Part shown: positions 56,151 through 64,000 of the stretch, one piece after another
Numbering within the stretch: position 1 is the first letter of the stretch
How the letters are laid out: each line of letters begins with the position of its first letter
Source: an uncultured Gemmatimonadaceae bacterium
GTDB lineage: Bacteria; Gemmatimonadota; Gemmatimonadetes; Gemmatimonadales; Gemmatimonadaceae
Reading direction: 5' to 3'
NCBI GenBank assembly: GCA_963817955.1
Contig: CAWFQK010000008.1
Location: 1-64,000 of the forward strand
DNA: 64,000 nt
Translations under genes and position numbers: made by a program
Notes under the pieces: generated by a model
What the model was told of the DNA's origin: nothing
Databases searched by the model: none
The model's input: the letters and a program-made list of their open reading frames with translations, nothing else

Positions 56151-59100
56151 TCAAGAGGACAGCAGCCCAATGCGCATGGCGAACGCGACGAGCTCGGCTC
56201 GCGTGTCGAGCCCGAGCTTGCGCATCGCCCGCGAGCGGTAGGTCTCGACGGTTTTCGGCGACAGAAAGAGCTTCTCACCGGCTTGCGCTGCCGTGTAGCC
56301 TTGCGCGGTGAGCGCCAGCACTTTGCGCTCGCGTTCGGACAGGTCGTGCAGGGCCGTAGCGGCGGCTTGCTCCGTCGGTACCCGGAGGCCGGCGCGGAGG
56401 AACTCCTTCAGCGACGGATCGATGAGCAGTTCACCGCGCGCCACGGCACGCAGCGAGGTCACCAGCTCGTCTTCATTGACTGTCTTGCGCAAATAACCAC
56501 GTGCCCCGGCCCGGAGCGCGGCTGCCAGCGTGCCTGGCGCCTCGTCGGCTGTCAGGACCAGCACGATCGCGTCGTCCGCTTGTCCAACAATGCGCCGCGT
56601 TGCCTCCACTCCGCCCATACCCGGCATCGACAGGTCCATGATCACGACGTCGGGATGTAGTTTCGGCACGAGATCTACCGCTTCTTCGCCTGTCGCCGCC
56701 TGGCCGATGACGACCATACCGGATTGTTGATTGAGGAGCTGGACGAGTCCTGACCGTGTCAGCGGATGATCCTCGACGACGAGCACGCGAAGATCCTGCT
56801 GCACCACCGGTGGTACCACCACGGACGCCGGAGGCAGCGGCGTATCCGGCACAGCACCGCGCCAGATGGGCAGCGTGAAGCTGAATGTTGAGCCGCGGCC
56901 CAGTTCACTCTCCACCCAGATCCGTCCCCGGTGCCCTTCGACGATGCCGTGCGCAATGGCTAACCCGAGACCTGCGCCAGTCTTGCGAGAGTGCGCGGCT
57001 TGCCAGAAACGCTCGAACACGTGCGGGACGTCATCCGGCGAAATGCCGGGCCCCGTATCGCCCACCGAGAACACCACGTCGTCATCGCGCGCAACAGCCC
57101 GCAGCATGAGCTTTCCGCCGCCGGACATGAAGCGGATGGCGTTCCCAATGAGATTGGACAGCACTTGGTGGATGCGCTCCGGATCTGCGTAGACGCGCGG
57201 CAGCTCGCCATATTCCACGCGGAACTCGACGCCTTTGGCACGTGCAGATTCCTCGAACATCTCGCGCGCCGTGGTGAGCAGGTACTCGGCGCGCACCGGC
57301 TCCTGCTCCACCCGTAGGTGTCCAGACTCGAGCCGCGTGATGTCCATGAGATCGGTGATGAGACTGCCCATCGCGTCACCGGCGGCGCGAATCGCCCCGA
57401 TGGCGCGACGCCGATCGTCGGCCGACGCCGTCGCTTCATCGAGGCGGGCTGCCCAGCGCGAGATGGCTGCAAGCGGATTGCGTAGATCATGCGCGACGAA
57501 CCCCAATACCTCGTCACGCAAACGAGTGGCGGCTTTGGCGTTGTCGTACAGGCGAGCGTTGTCGATTGCCAGCGCCGACGATGTCGCCAGATCCTCCATC
57601 ATGCGCAGATCCTCAGACGCGTAGTGGCGGCCCGACTCCGTGGCGGCCACGGTGATGGCTCCGATGATTCGTCCGCGGGCCGCCAATGGAACGATCATCC
57701 ACGAGACAGTGCCGAGCGCCCGGAGCATCTCGAGATGGGTGGCATCGCGCGCCATCCGCGTCAACACGTCGCTGCGCACGGTCGCCACCAATGAGGCCTG
57801 CCCGGTGCGAATGACACGACTGACCGGGTGATCGAACGAAAATGGCGCCAACGGATAGCGCGCCCGAATCTCGTTCAGAATCCGCTCTTTTTCCGAGTTC
57901 GCGGCCACGGCTTCCACGGCGCGCACGATGCCCGTCGTGCTGTCGAGCAGATCGATGATGCACCAATCGGCAATTCGCGGCACCAGCAAGTGCGCGATCG
58001 TGCGAAGGATCTCTTCCGAGTCCAGCGACGACGCCAGGACCTGGCTCGCTTCAGCGATGAATTCCGACGCCTCGCGCGCTCGCCGGCGCGCGGTGATATC
58101 CGGGACCTGCGACACGACGTACAGCGGCCGGCCATTCTGGTCGCACACCACGGTCCGCCTCAGGAGTGCCCAAACGACGTGTCCATCCTTATGGATATAG
58201 CGTTTCTCGATCTCGCAGGCCGTGATCTCGCCGGCAAATAAACGGCGCAACTGCTCAGTATCATCGTGCTCATCGTCCGGGTGTGTCACGGCGGCGGACG
58301 TCCGCTGCAGCAGTTCTGCCTCCGAATAGCCGAGCATATCACACAATGCGCGATTCACGCGCAGCCAGCGGCCCTCGGCGGTGACGACGCCCATGCCGAA
58401 CGGCGCGTGGGTCATGGCGTTGCGGAACAGTTCTTCGCTGGCTCTGAGCGCCTCGTCTACGGCATCGCGCTCCGTGACGTCCTCGATCACGCCTACTACA
58501 TGAGCCGGCGTGCCGGAGGATGTGCGCGATTCAATGCGAGTCGTCGCCTGAAAGGTGTGCTGCACGCCATTCACCGGCAGCGATCGGAACTTGATCGGCT
58601 GCACGTTGCCACTGCGATCGTGGAGGACCGCCTGGTAGGCCTCCTTCACGCGGTCGCGATCATCTTCGTGGACGCATGCGAAGAACTCGTCCATTGAAGG
58701 CGCGGGCCGGCCGGAATCGAAGTTGAAGAGCCGATACAACCCGTGGGACCACACCACTTGCTCCGTTGGTACATCCCACGACCAGGTACCTATCTGTCCC
58801 ACGCGCTCGATTGCGTCGAGGAGGGCCGTCTGGCGCTGCTCGGCCCGCTCGGCACGCCTGAGCGCCACCGCGCAGCCCACCGCGGTGTTCAGCCGATCGC
58901 TGTCAAGTCCCTCGAGCGTGAGGCAGGCACTTGCTCCCGCGGCCATTGCCTCGGCGCACCGTCCGTCGTCCGCGTGCGGCAGGACGGCGAGGATCGGGGT
59001 TGCCGGCGCAGTGGTCGTCAGTTCGTGGATGGTATTGCTCCACATGCTGTCGGGAGAAGCCGCATCGACGAACACGATGTCTGCGTTCCCGACCGCGAGC

Positions 59101-59252
59101 GTCTGGCTGGATCGCGCGGTGATCGAAACCGAAGGCGCGTAGGGTGTGGAGGCCAGTGACTGCCGCAACATGGCGGCGAGGCGTTGCGCAGATTCTTGCT
59201 CCTGGGCCACGATCAGGAATTCCAAGGGAGTTCCCTCATCGAGAGCTGGCAT
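56151..59252 (-). CDS. Hybrid sensor: REC-like/PAS/PAS/GAF/HisKA/HATPase fused to a complete NarL/LuxR response regulator
   Basis: VAHDLRNPL, NLIGNA, DTGPGI and GAGLGL kinase motifs, then VLVVEDH..DVVIMDLSMPG and LSERERKVL..LSPKTVETYRSR. Confidence 0.88.
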   Translation of the reverse strand: MPALDEGTPLEFLIVAQEQESAQRLAAMLRQSLASTPYAPSVSITARSSQTLAVGNADIVFVDAASPDSMWSNTIHELTTTAPATPILAVLPHADDGRCAEAMAAGASACLTLEGLDSDRLNTAVGCAVALRRAERAEQRQTALLDAIERVGQIGTWSWDVPTEQVVWSHGLYRLFNFDSGRPAPSMDEFFACVHEDDRDRVKEAYQAVLHDRSGNVQPIKFRSLPVNGVQHTFQATTRIESRTSSGTPAHVVGVIEDVTERDAVDEALRASEELFRNAMTHAPFGMGVVTAEGRWLRVNRALCDMLGYSEAELLQRTSAAVTHPDDEHDDTEQLRRLFAGEITACEIEKRYIHKDGHVVWALLRRTVVCDQNGRPLYVVSQVPDITARRRAREASEFIAEASQVLASSLDSEEILRTIAHLLVPRIADWCIIDLLDSTTGIVRAVEAVAANSEKERILNEIRARYPLAPFSFDHPVSRVIRTGQASLVATVRSDVLTRMARDATHLEMLRALGTVSWMIVPLAARGRIIGAITVAATESGRHYASEDLRMMEDLATSSALAIDNARLYDNAKAATRLRDEVLGFVAHDLRNPLAAISRWAARLDEATASADDRRRAIGAIRAAGDAMGSLITDLMDITRLESGHLRVEQEPVRAEYLLTTAREMFEESARAKGVEFRVEYGELPRVYADPERIHQVLSNLIGNAIRFMSGGGKLMLRAVARDDDVVFSVGDTGPGISPDDVPHVFERFWQAAHSRKTGAGLGLAIAHGIVEGHRGRIWVESELGRGSTFSFTLPIWRGAVPDTPLPPASVVVPPVVQQDLRVLVVEDHPLTRSGLVQLLNQQSGMVVIGQAATGEEAVDLVPKLHPDVVIMDLSMPGMGGVEATRRIVGQADDAIVLVLTADEAPGTLAAALRAGARGYLRKTVNEDELVTSLRAVARGELLIDPSLKEFLRAGLRVPTEQAAATALHDLSERERKVLALTAQGYTAAQAGEKLFLSPKTVETYRSRAMRKLGLDTRAELVAFAMRIGLLSS

Positions 59253-59619
59253 AAGCGTGCCGGGTAAGTGGAATGGGCAACGCGGGAAATTGCTGAATCT
59301 GTTGGTACAAGGCCAGCGGGAAAAGTTAGTCAGCAATTTCCCTAACAAGCAGACCCTGTCAGGAAAGATGTGTCAGCCGACGGATCGTGCCGCATGGGTC
59401 AGCTATTTGCATAGGCCAACCCCAACGGTCTCATCGTGCCCTGAGGATATCCCTGTCCGCAGGTCGCCGGAAACCCACAGGAAACATTGAATCAAAGAGT
59501 CCCAATGCTCCCGGCAGTCGAATGCGACCGCGGCCATAAGTTTTGCTGTGTCGACGCAACATGGCCGTGGCGGCCATGTCTGGTCTGTTGGCATGTGAAC
59601 CACAACCATCGAGTCTCCA

Positions 59620-61125
59620 ATGGCGGTGACTGACCTCTCCCCTCGCGCAGCCAAGTCGTCCTCCCCACGCGACGGGGCGGGACCGCAACCGCTGCAGATT
59701 CTCGTCGTCGATGATGATCGGACGCTCCGCGAAGGGTGCGTCTCCATGCTCAAGAGCGACGGGTACATCGTCGCGTCGGAGGGCCGTGGCGACGATGCGC
59801 GTGAGCTCCTGCGCCGGCGTCACTTTGACATTGTCCTGCTGGATCTCTTCATGACGCCCGTGCCGGGCATGGAGATCCTGCAGGCCATTCGTCAGACCAG
59901 CCGCGAGACCCTCGTGGTCATCATGACTGGGGAACCGTCGGTTGAGACGAATCTCGAGGCGCTCGATGCCGGTGCCTGGGAGTACATCCCTAAGCCGTTC
60001 AGTGCCACGCAGTTACACATTCTGATGGGCCGAGCAGGGCACATCATCGAGTCGCGTCGCCAGGAGCGTGCACCTGAAGAGCCTGCCGCAAGCACTCCGC
60101 CCAATGCTGGAGGCCGCGGGGTGATCCTCGGGGCATCACCGGCCTTTCAGCGTGCGCTCGCTCTTGCGCGGAGGGTGGCTGCAACGGACGCGTCCGTTGT
60201 GCTCATCGGCGAGAGTGGAACAGGGAAGGAGATGATCGCCCGCTTCATTCACGCCCACAGTCGCCGAGCCAAGAAGACGCTGATGGCTGTGAACTGCGCC
60301 GCGCTTCCGGACGCACTCCTCGAGTCCGAGATGTTCGGACATCGGCGCGGCGCGTTCACCGGGGCCGACCGCGACAAGCCAGGACTGCTCGAAACGGCAC
60401 ATGACGGGACGCTGTTTCTCGATGAGCTCACCGAAATGTCAGCCGCTATTCAGGCCAAGCTTCTTCGTGTGTTGCAGGATGGCCGGCTGCGCCGCGTTGG
60501 AAGCGAGGAGGAAGATCGCATTGTCGATGTCCGGATCATTTCGGCGACGAATCGTGATCCACAGCAAGCGGTGCGAGATGGCGTCCTCCGGCAGGATCTG
60601 TTCTTCCGGCTCTGGGTTTTTCCCATCCAGCTTCCTCCGCTCCGTGAACGGCCTGAAGATATCGCGCACCTCGCGCGCCACTTCGTCACTTTCTATTGGA
60701 TGAAGCATCGCGGCGCCGGAACGCGACCGCCCGTGCTCTCGCGCGATGCCTTGGAAGAGCTCATCAGCCGTCCGTGGCCCGGAAACGTGCGCGAACTCCA
60801 GAATTCGATGGAGCGCCTTGGTGTAACGGCTGAGCCCGGCCAGATCATCGAGCCCGGCGATCTGCCCACGAGTGAAGAACCCATGCAGGCGGCGAGTACA
60901 GCCGTGAGTCCCATCACAGCTCCTCTCCTGACGGCCTCGTTCCACCTGGCGAAGGAGCAGCTCGTCGCTGGCTTCGAACGAACGTACCTGGAGCACTTGG
61001 TGCAGCGCGCCGATCGGAACCTGTCGCGCGCCGCGCGACTTGCCAGCATCGATCGAACGACTCTCTATAGACTTCTCGAAAAACATGGGCTCCAGCGCAG
61101 TGACTTCGTCGATACCCAGGCGTGA
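59620..61125 (+). CDS. Sigma-54-dependent response regulator (NtrC family)
   Basis: REC domain (VVDDD, LLDLFM), GESGTGKE, GAFTGA, LFLDE, WPGNVREL and a Fis-type HTH. Confidence 0.93.
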   Translation: MAVTDLSPRAAKSSSPRDGAGPQPLQILVVDDDRTLREGCVSMLKSDGYIVASEGRGDDARELLRRRHFDIVLLDLFMTPVPGMEILQAIRQTSRETLVVIMTGEPSVETNLEALDAGAWEYIPKPFSATQLHILMGRAGHIIESRRQERAPEEPAASTPPNAGGRGVILGASPAFQRALALARRVAATDASVVLIGESGTGKEMIARFIHAHSRRAKKTLMAVNCAALPDALLESEMFGHRRGAFTGADRDKPGLLETAHDGTLFLDELTEMSAAIQAKLLRVLQDGRLRRVGSEEEDRIVDVRIISATNRDPQQAVRDGVLRQDLFFRLWVFPIQLPPLRERPEDIAHLARHFVTFYWMKHRGAGTRPPVLSRDALEELISRPWPGNVRELQNSMERLGVTAEPGQIIEPGDLPTSEEPMQAASTAVSPITAPLLTASFHLAKEQLVAGFERTYLEHLVQRADRNLSRAARLASIDRTTLYRLLEKHGLQRSDFVDTQA

Positions 61126-62329
61126 CGACGTATCGCTGATTCCCTCGTCCGTCGAGCGCGTCGGACCTGACACGCTCGACGGCGGCGAGTCGCGCGAACG
61201 TTCGCGAGTACGTGAGGAGGTCGCCGTTCTCCAGCGGGTCGCCGCGCGTTGTCGGCCGCCAGCTGACGGTGTCATGGCTGGCGAGCGCCAGCACGCGATG
61301 GAGGTGATCGAGCATGCACTCACCAAGGCATTGCTCGGCTCGCCGTTCGAGATCGACAGCGATGTCTCCAGCGACGGACTGAACGCCGCGCTCGATCGTG
61401 TCCGCGGCGAGATACGCAGCGAGCTCGCCCGGCGAAGCCACCGGGCCTCGGCCGATCAGGTGATCCACATGTGGTCGGCGTTCGAAACGGTGGCGCAAGC
61501 ACTCACCCGCCACCGGCGGACTGCCGATGTGCTGGGCGATGCGGAGTTGCAGTCGGTGAGTGAGGTGGTGCACGATCTGCGATCGCCCCTGTCATCGATT
61601 CTCTTGCTCTCCGACGCATTGTCGCAACGCTTTCACTCGCGCGGCGATGAAGTGGCGGATCGCCAAGCGGGTTTGATCCACGGCGCGGCGCTGGCGATGC
61701 ACGGACTTGTCACTGACCTCCGCGACATGGCGCGCGGTGCGCAAGCGCTCATGGACCCATCGCCGGTGACGTTCTCTCTCTCTGAAGTGATGTCGACGAT
61801 CGGCAGTCTGGTGCGGCCGCTCGCGGAGGAGAAGGGGCTCGCGTTCCGCGTCAGCATTCCCGAACGCGTCATCGCCATCGGATACCCTACCGCACTCACC
61901 CGCGTACTCCTCAATCTGGTGACGAACGGGCTCAAGTTCACGGACTCGGGATTCGTCGACATCACGGTGAGTTTTGCGACCCCCGACATAGGGCGATTCA
62001 CCATCCGGGACAGCGGAGATGGGCTGCCGGCGAGAATCACTGCACTGGTCGAGAACGCGTTGCCGCTTCGCACAAGGGCCGGCCCGGCCACTGTCAGCGG
62101 TGAGTTCGGCGTGGGTCTTGGCCTTTCGCTCTGCGTGCGGCTCGTGCATCTGATGCGGGGCACAATCCGCGTGCAGGAGACCGGTCGTACGGGAAGCTGC
62201 TTCGTCGTCGAGGTACCGCTCACCATTCCCGCGGCATCCAACACTGCCCCTTGGCCAGCGCCGCCGCAATTCGTCGTCGGCGGCCAATGCGCCGACATCA
62301 GCTATTCCGACGATTCGGGTATGCGCTGA
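61040..62329 (+). CDS. Sensor histidine kinase (start uncertain)
   Basis: VHDLRSPL, NLVTNGLKFT, DSGDGL and GVGLGL motifs. Confidence 0.82.
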   Translation: MPASIERLSIDFSKNMGSSAVTSSIPRRDDVSLIPSSVERVGPDTLDGGESRERSRVREEVAVLQRVAARCRPPADGVMAGERQHAMEVIEHALTKALLGSPFEIDSDVSSDGLNAALDRVRGEIRSELARRSHRASADQVIHMWSAFETVAQALTRHRRTADVLGDAELQSVSEVVHDLRSPLSSILLLSDALSQRFHSRGDEVADRQAGLIHGAALAMHGLVTDLRDMARGAQALMDPSPVTFSLSEVMSTIGSLVRPLAEEKGLAFRVSIPERVIAIGYPTALTRVLLNLVTNGLKFTDSGFVDITVSFATPDIGRFTIRDSGDGLPARITALVENALPLRTRAGPATVSGEFGVGLGLSLCVRLVHLMRGTIRVQETGRTGSCFVVEVPLTIPAASNTAPWPAPPQFVVGGQCADISYSDDSGMR

Positions 62330-62353
62330 GCGCGGCGCGGTCGCGCGGCGCGC

Positions 62354-63157
62354 TCAGTGCTTGCGTCCGCGAACCGCGACCGCGAAGCGAGTCTTCTCCA
62401 CGCCGAGTTGGTCAGCGAATACGAGTGGCCTCAGGAATGGAGCCATGAACGCCTGAAGCACCTTGTTACGCGTGGTCGGCTGGAATGGAAGACAGAAGAG
62501 GCTCGTCGCCAGTTCTCCGGTGAAGTACCCGAACGTCGGCAGATATTCGGTAACGGTCAGTCCCGCCTGTCCCACCAATGCGACGAACTCCTCCGCCGAG
62601 CGTTCGTCCGCGGTGTGCTCATGCTCGGCCCAATCATGAAACCCGCCGAGCCGTGTAGAGAATGGCACCGGAGTGCGGCGTATGGTCGGCACATGGAAAA
62701 AGAAATGGCCGCCGCTCACGAGTGTGCGACGGAGCGCTTCCATTACCGCCTGCTGCTCGACGATGTGCTCGAGCACGTCGATCGACACTACAAGATCAAA
62801 CCGTCCTACCCAGGGAAGGGACCTCAGGTCGCGAACCTCGAATGAAACATTCCTGATTCCAAGTGCCGACGCGATGCGCTGGTTCATAGCGATCCGCGAC
62901 TCGTCGATATCCAGCCCCACGACCGTTGCGTTGGGGTAGCGCTGCGCCAGGTAGATCGTGTGGTCTCCCCGTCCACACCCTGCGTCCAGGATATTCCGCG
63001 GGCTTGCGCCTCCCATTCGCGACAGCGCCCCGCGCAGATAGAGATGGTGGAGGTAGTGCGCAGGGTCGGCGACACCCATGGTCCGAAACAGCAGACGCTC
63101 CGCGGCGCCCGCATCTGGATGAACTAGTCGCCGTACGCCAAATCGTGGAGTAGTCAT
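62354..63157 (-). CDS. Class I SAM-dependent methyltransferase
   Basis: ILDAGCGRG, VVGLDID and FDLVVSIDVLEHI motifs. Confidence 0.88.
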   Translation of the reverse strand: MTTPRFGVRRLVHPDAGAAERLLFRTMGVADPAHYLHHLYLRGALSRMGGASPRNILDAGCGRGDHTIYLAQRYPNATVVGLDIDESRIAMNQRIASALGIRNVSFEVRDLRSLPWVGRFDLVVSIDVLEHIVEQQAVMEALRRTLVSGGHFFFHVPTIRRTPVPFSTRLGGFHDWAEHEHTADERSAEEFVALVGQAGLTVTEYLPTFGYFTGELATSLFCLPFQPTTRNKVLQAFMAPFLRPLVFADQLGVEKTRFAVAVRGRKH

Positions 63158-63197
63158 ATTCTCGTGTCCCGTGTTTGAATTCTTATTTACCGCAGAA

Positions 63198-63491
63198 GAC
63201 GAAACAGCCTTTTAACGCAGAGGTCGCAGAGAACTGCAAGAGAGAACTGCAAGAGAACTGCAAGAGAGAACTGCAAGCCTACGGAAGAGGGAAGCGCGTA
63301 TCGGTGGAATGAGCCGTGATTGCCGAGTCCACAATCATTCCGCTCATATCGCTATTGATCCCGACCTGGGAGATACCATCGGAGCGTCACGACAGCATCA
63401 GCCAAGACGTCCAGGCGAGATAATCCTTCACGGTCCTCTGCAGTCCTCTGCAGCTCTCTCTGCGACCTCTGCGCTAAATAGCTGTTTCGTC
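63198..63491. mobile_element. Palindromic MITE-like element copy C
   Basis: Arms GACGAAACAGC..TTAACGCAGAGGTCGCAGAGA / TCTCTGCGACCTCTGCGCTAAATAGCTGTTTCGTC; same core as copies A and B. Confidence 0.78.
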
Positions 63492-63505
63492 CTCTCCCGT
63501 GTCCC

Positions 63506-64000
63506 TCACTTGGTGCTCACGTAGATGTGGTCGAACCGCATCCACTGTGCGGCGGCGAGTCGGTCACCGCCGCCGCCCCAGATTGGTTCGATATCGATCA
63601 TCATGAATGGCTGCGATTCGCCCGCCGCGAGGTATTGGACGTCGGTGTAACGGCCGACTTCCACACCATCCATCCACAGATGGAATTCGCCATCCCGCAT
63701 GCCCGGCGTATTCGCTTTCACGACCATTTCCCACCGCTGCCACGCGCCCGGCACCACGTGGCCTCCGTTGCTCAGATTCGGCGGCAGCACCTCGCGTCCG
63801 CGCTGCAGATCGTCGGGAGTTCCTTGGAGCCGTCCGCTTGGCTGCAGCGCGTCGCTCCGTGAGCCTTCGGCGGATACGAAGAAGCGCGGCTGGCCATTGA
63901 TCCAGACGAAGAGCACCTTGTTGGTGCCCGTACTGTGCGCCTGCCAATTCGCAGACAGCTGGACCCAGACGCTCAGATACACTGACTGCGCCGGCGTGTC
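63506..64000 (-). CDS. 3' end of a gene with a beta-rich, possibly polysaccharide-lyase/jelly-roll-like domain (partial)
   Basis: Frame open to the window edge. WQRWEMVVKANTPG.RDGEFHLWMDG and IWGG..MRFDHIYVS. Confidence 0.5.
   Translation of the reverse strand, partial: DTPAQSVYLSVWVQLSANWQAHSTGTNKVLFVWINGQPRFFVSAEGSRSDALQPSGRLQGTPDDLQRGREVLPPNLSNGGHVVPGAWQRWEMVVKANTPGMRDGEFHLWMDGVEVGRYTDVQYLAAGESQPFMMIDIEPIWGGGGDRLAAAQWMRFDHIYVSTK

Overview
This is a GC-rich bacterial window. The Ser/Thr kinase-propeller family, the short RpoD paralogue and the hypothetical families suggest Gemmatimonadota (inference). Left part (1-23 kb): a Tat 4Fe-4S/NrfD/cytochrome c redox operon, a CBS protein, an IS3 element nested in a palindromic MITE-like element between REP-like repeats, NRAMP, a MacAB-like pair, a kinase, DUF5916, a desaturase, a baeRF-like protein and ppsA. 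Middle (22.2-30.1 kb, minus strand): a complete lasso-peptide cluster with RRE/B1, B2 peptidase, cyclase, a 43-aa precursor missed by the ORF track (27232-27363), an HPr-kinase-like enzyme, an ABC exporter and a nucleotidyltransferase, ending in a translationally coupled sigma-70 factor. It is transcribed divergently from a large Wzx/Wzy exopolysaccharide locus (30.5-56 kb) followed by two-component regulators. Inside the EPS locus is an unexplained island (38.6-40.9 kb): a frameshifted helical hypothetical gene beside a strictly 21-nt-periodic degenerate array of about 41 units. The best candidates for something new are (1) the lasso cluster, with a predicted Val1-Asp8 ring, a C-terminal Ser and possible phosphorylation/glycosylation, next to an EPS locus; (2) the 21-nt array island; and (3) a three-copy palindromic MITE-like family with a possible GxxExxY remnant. 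All functional calls come from motif recognition by eye; no searches were run.
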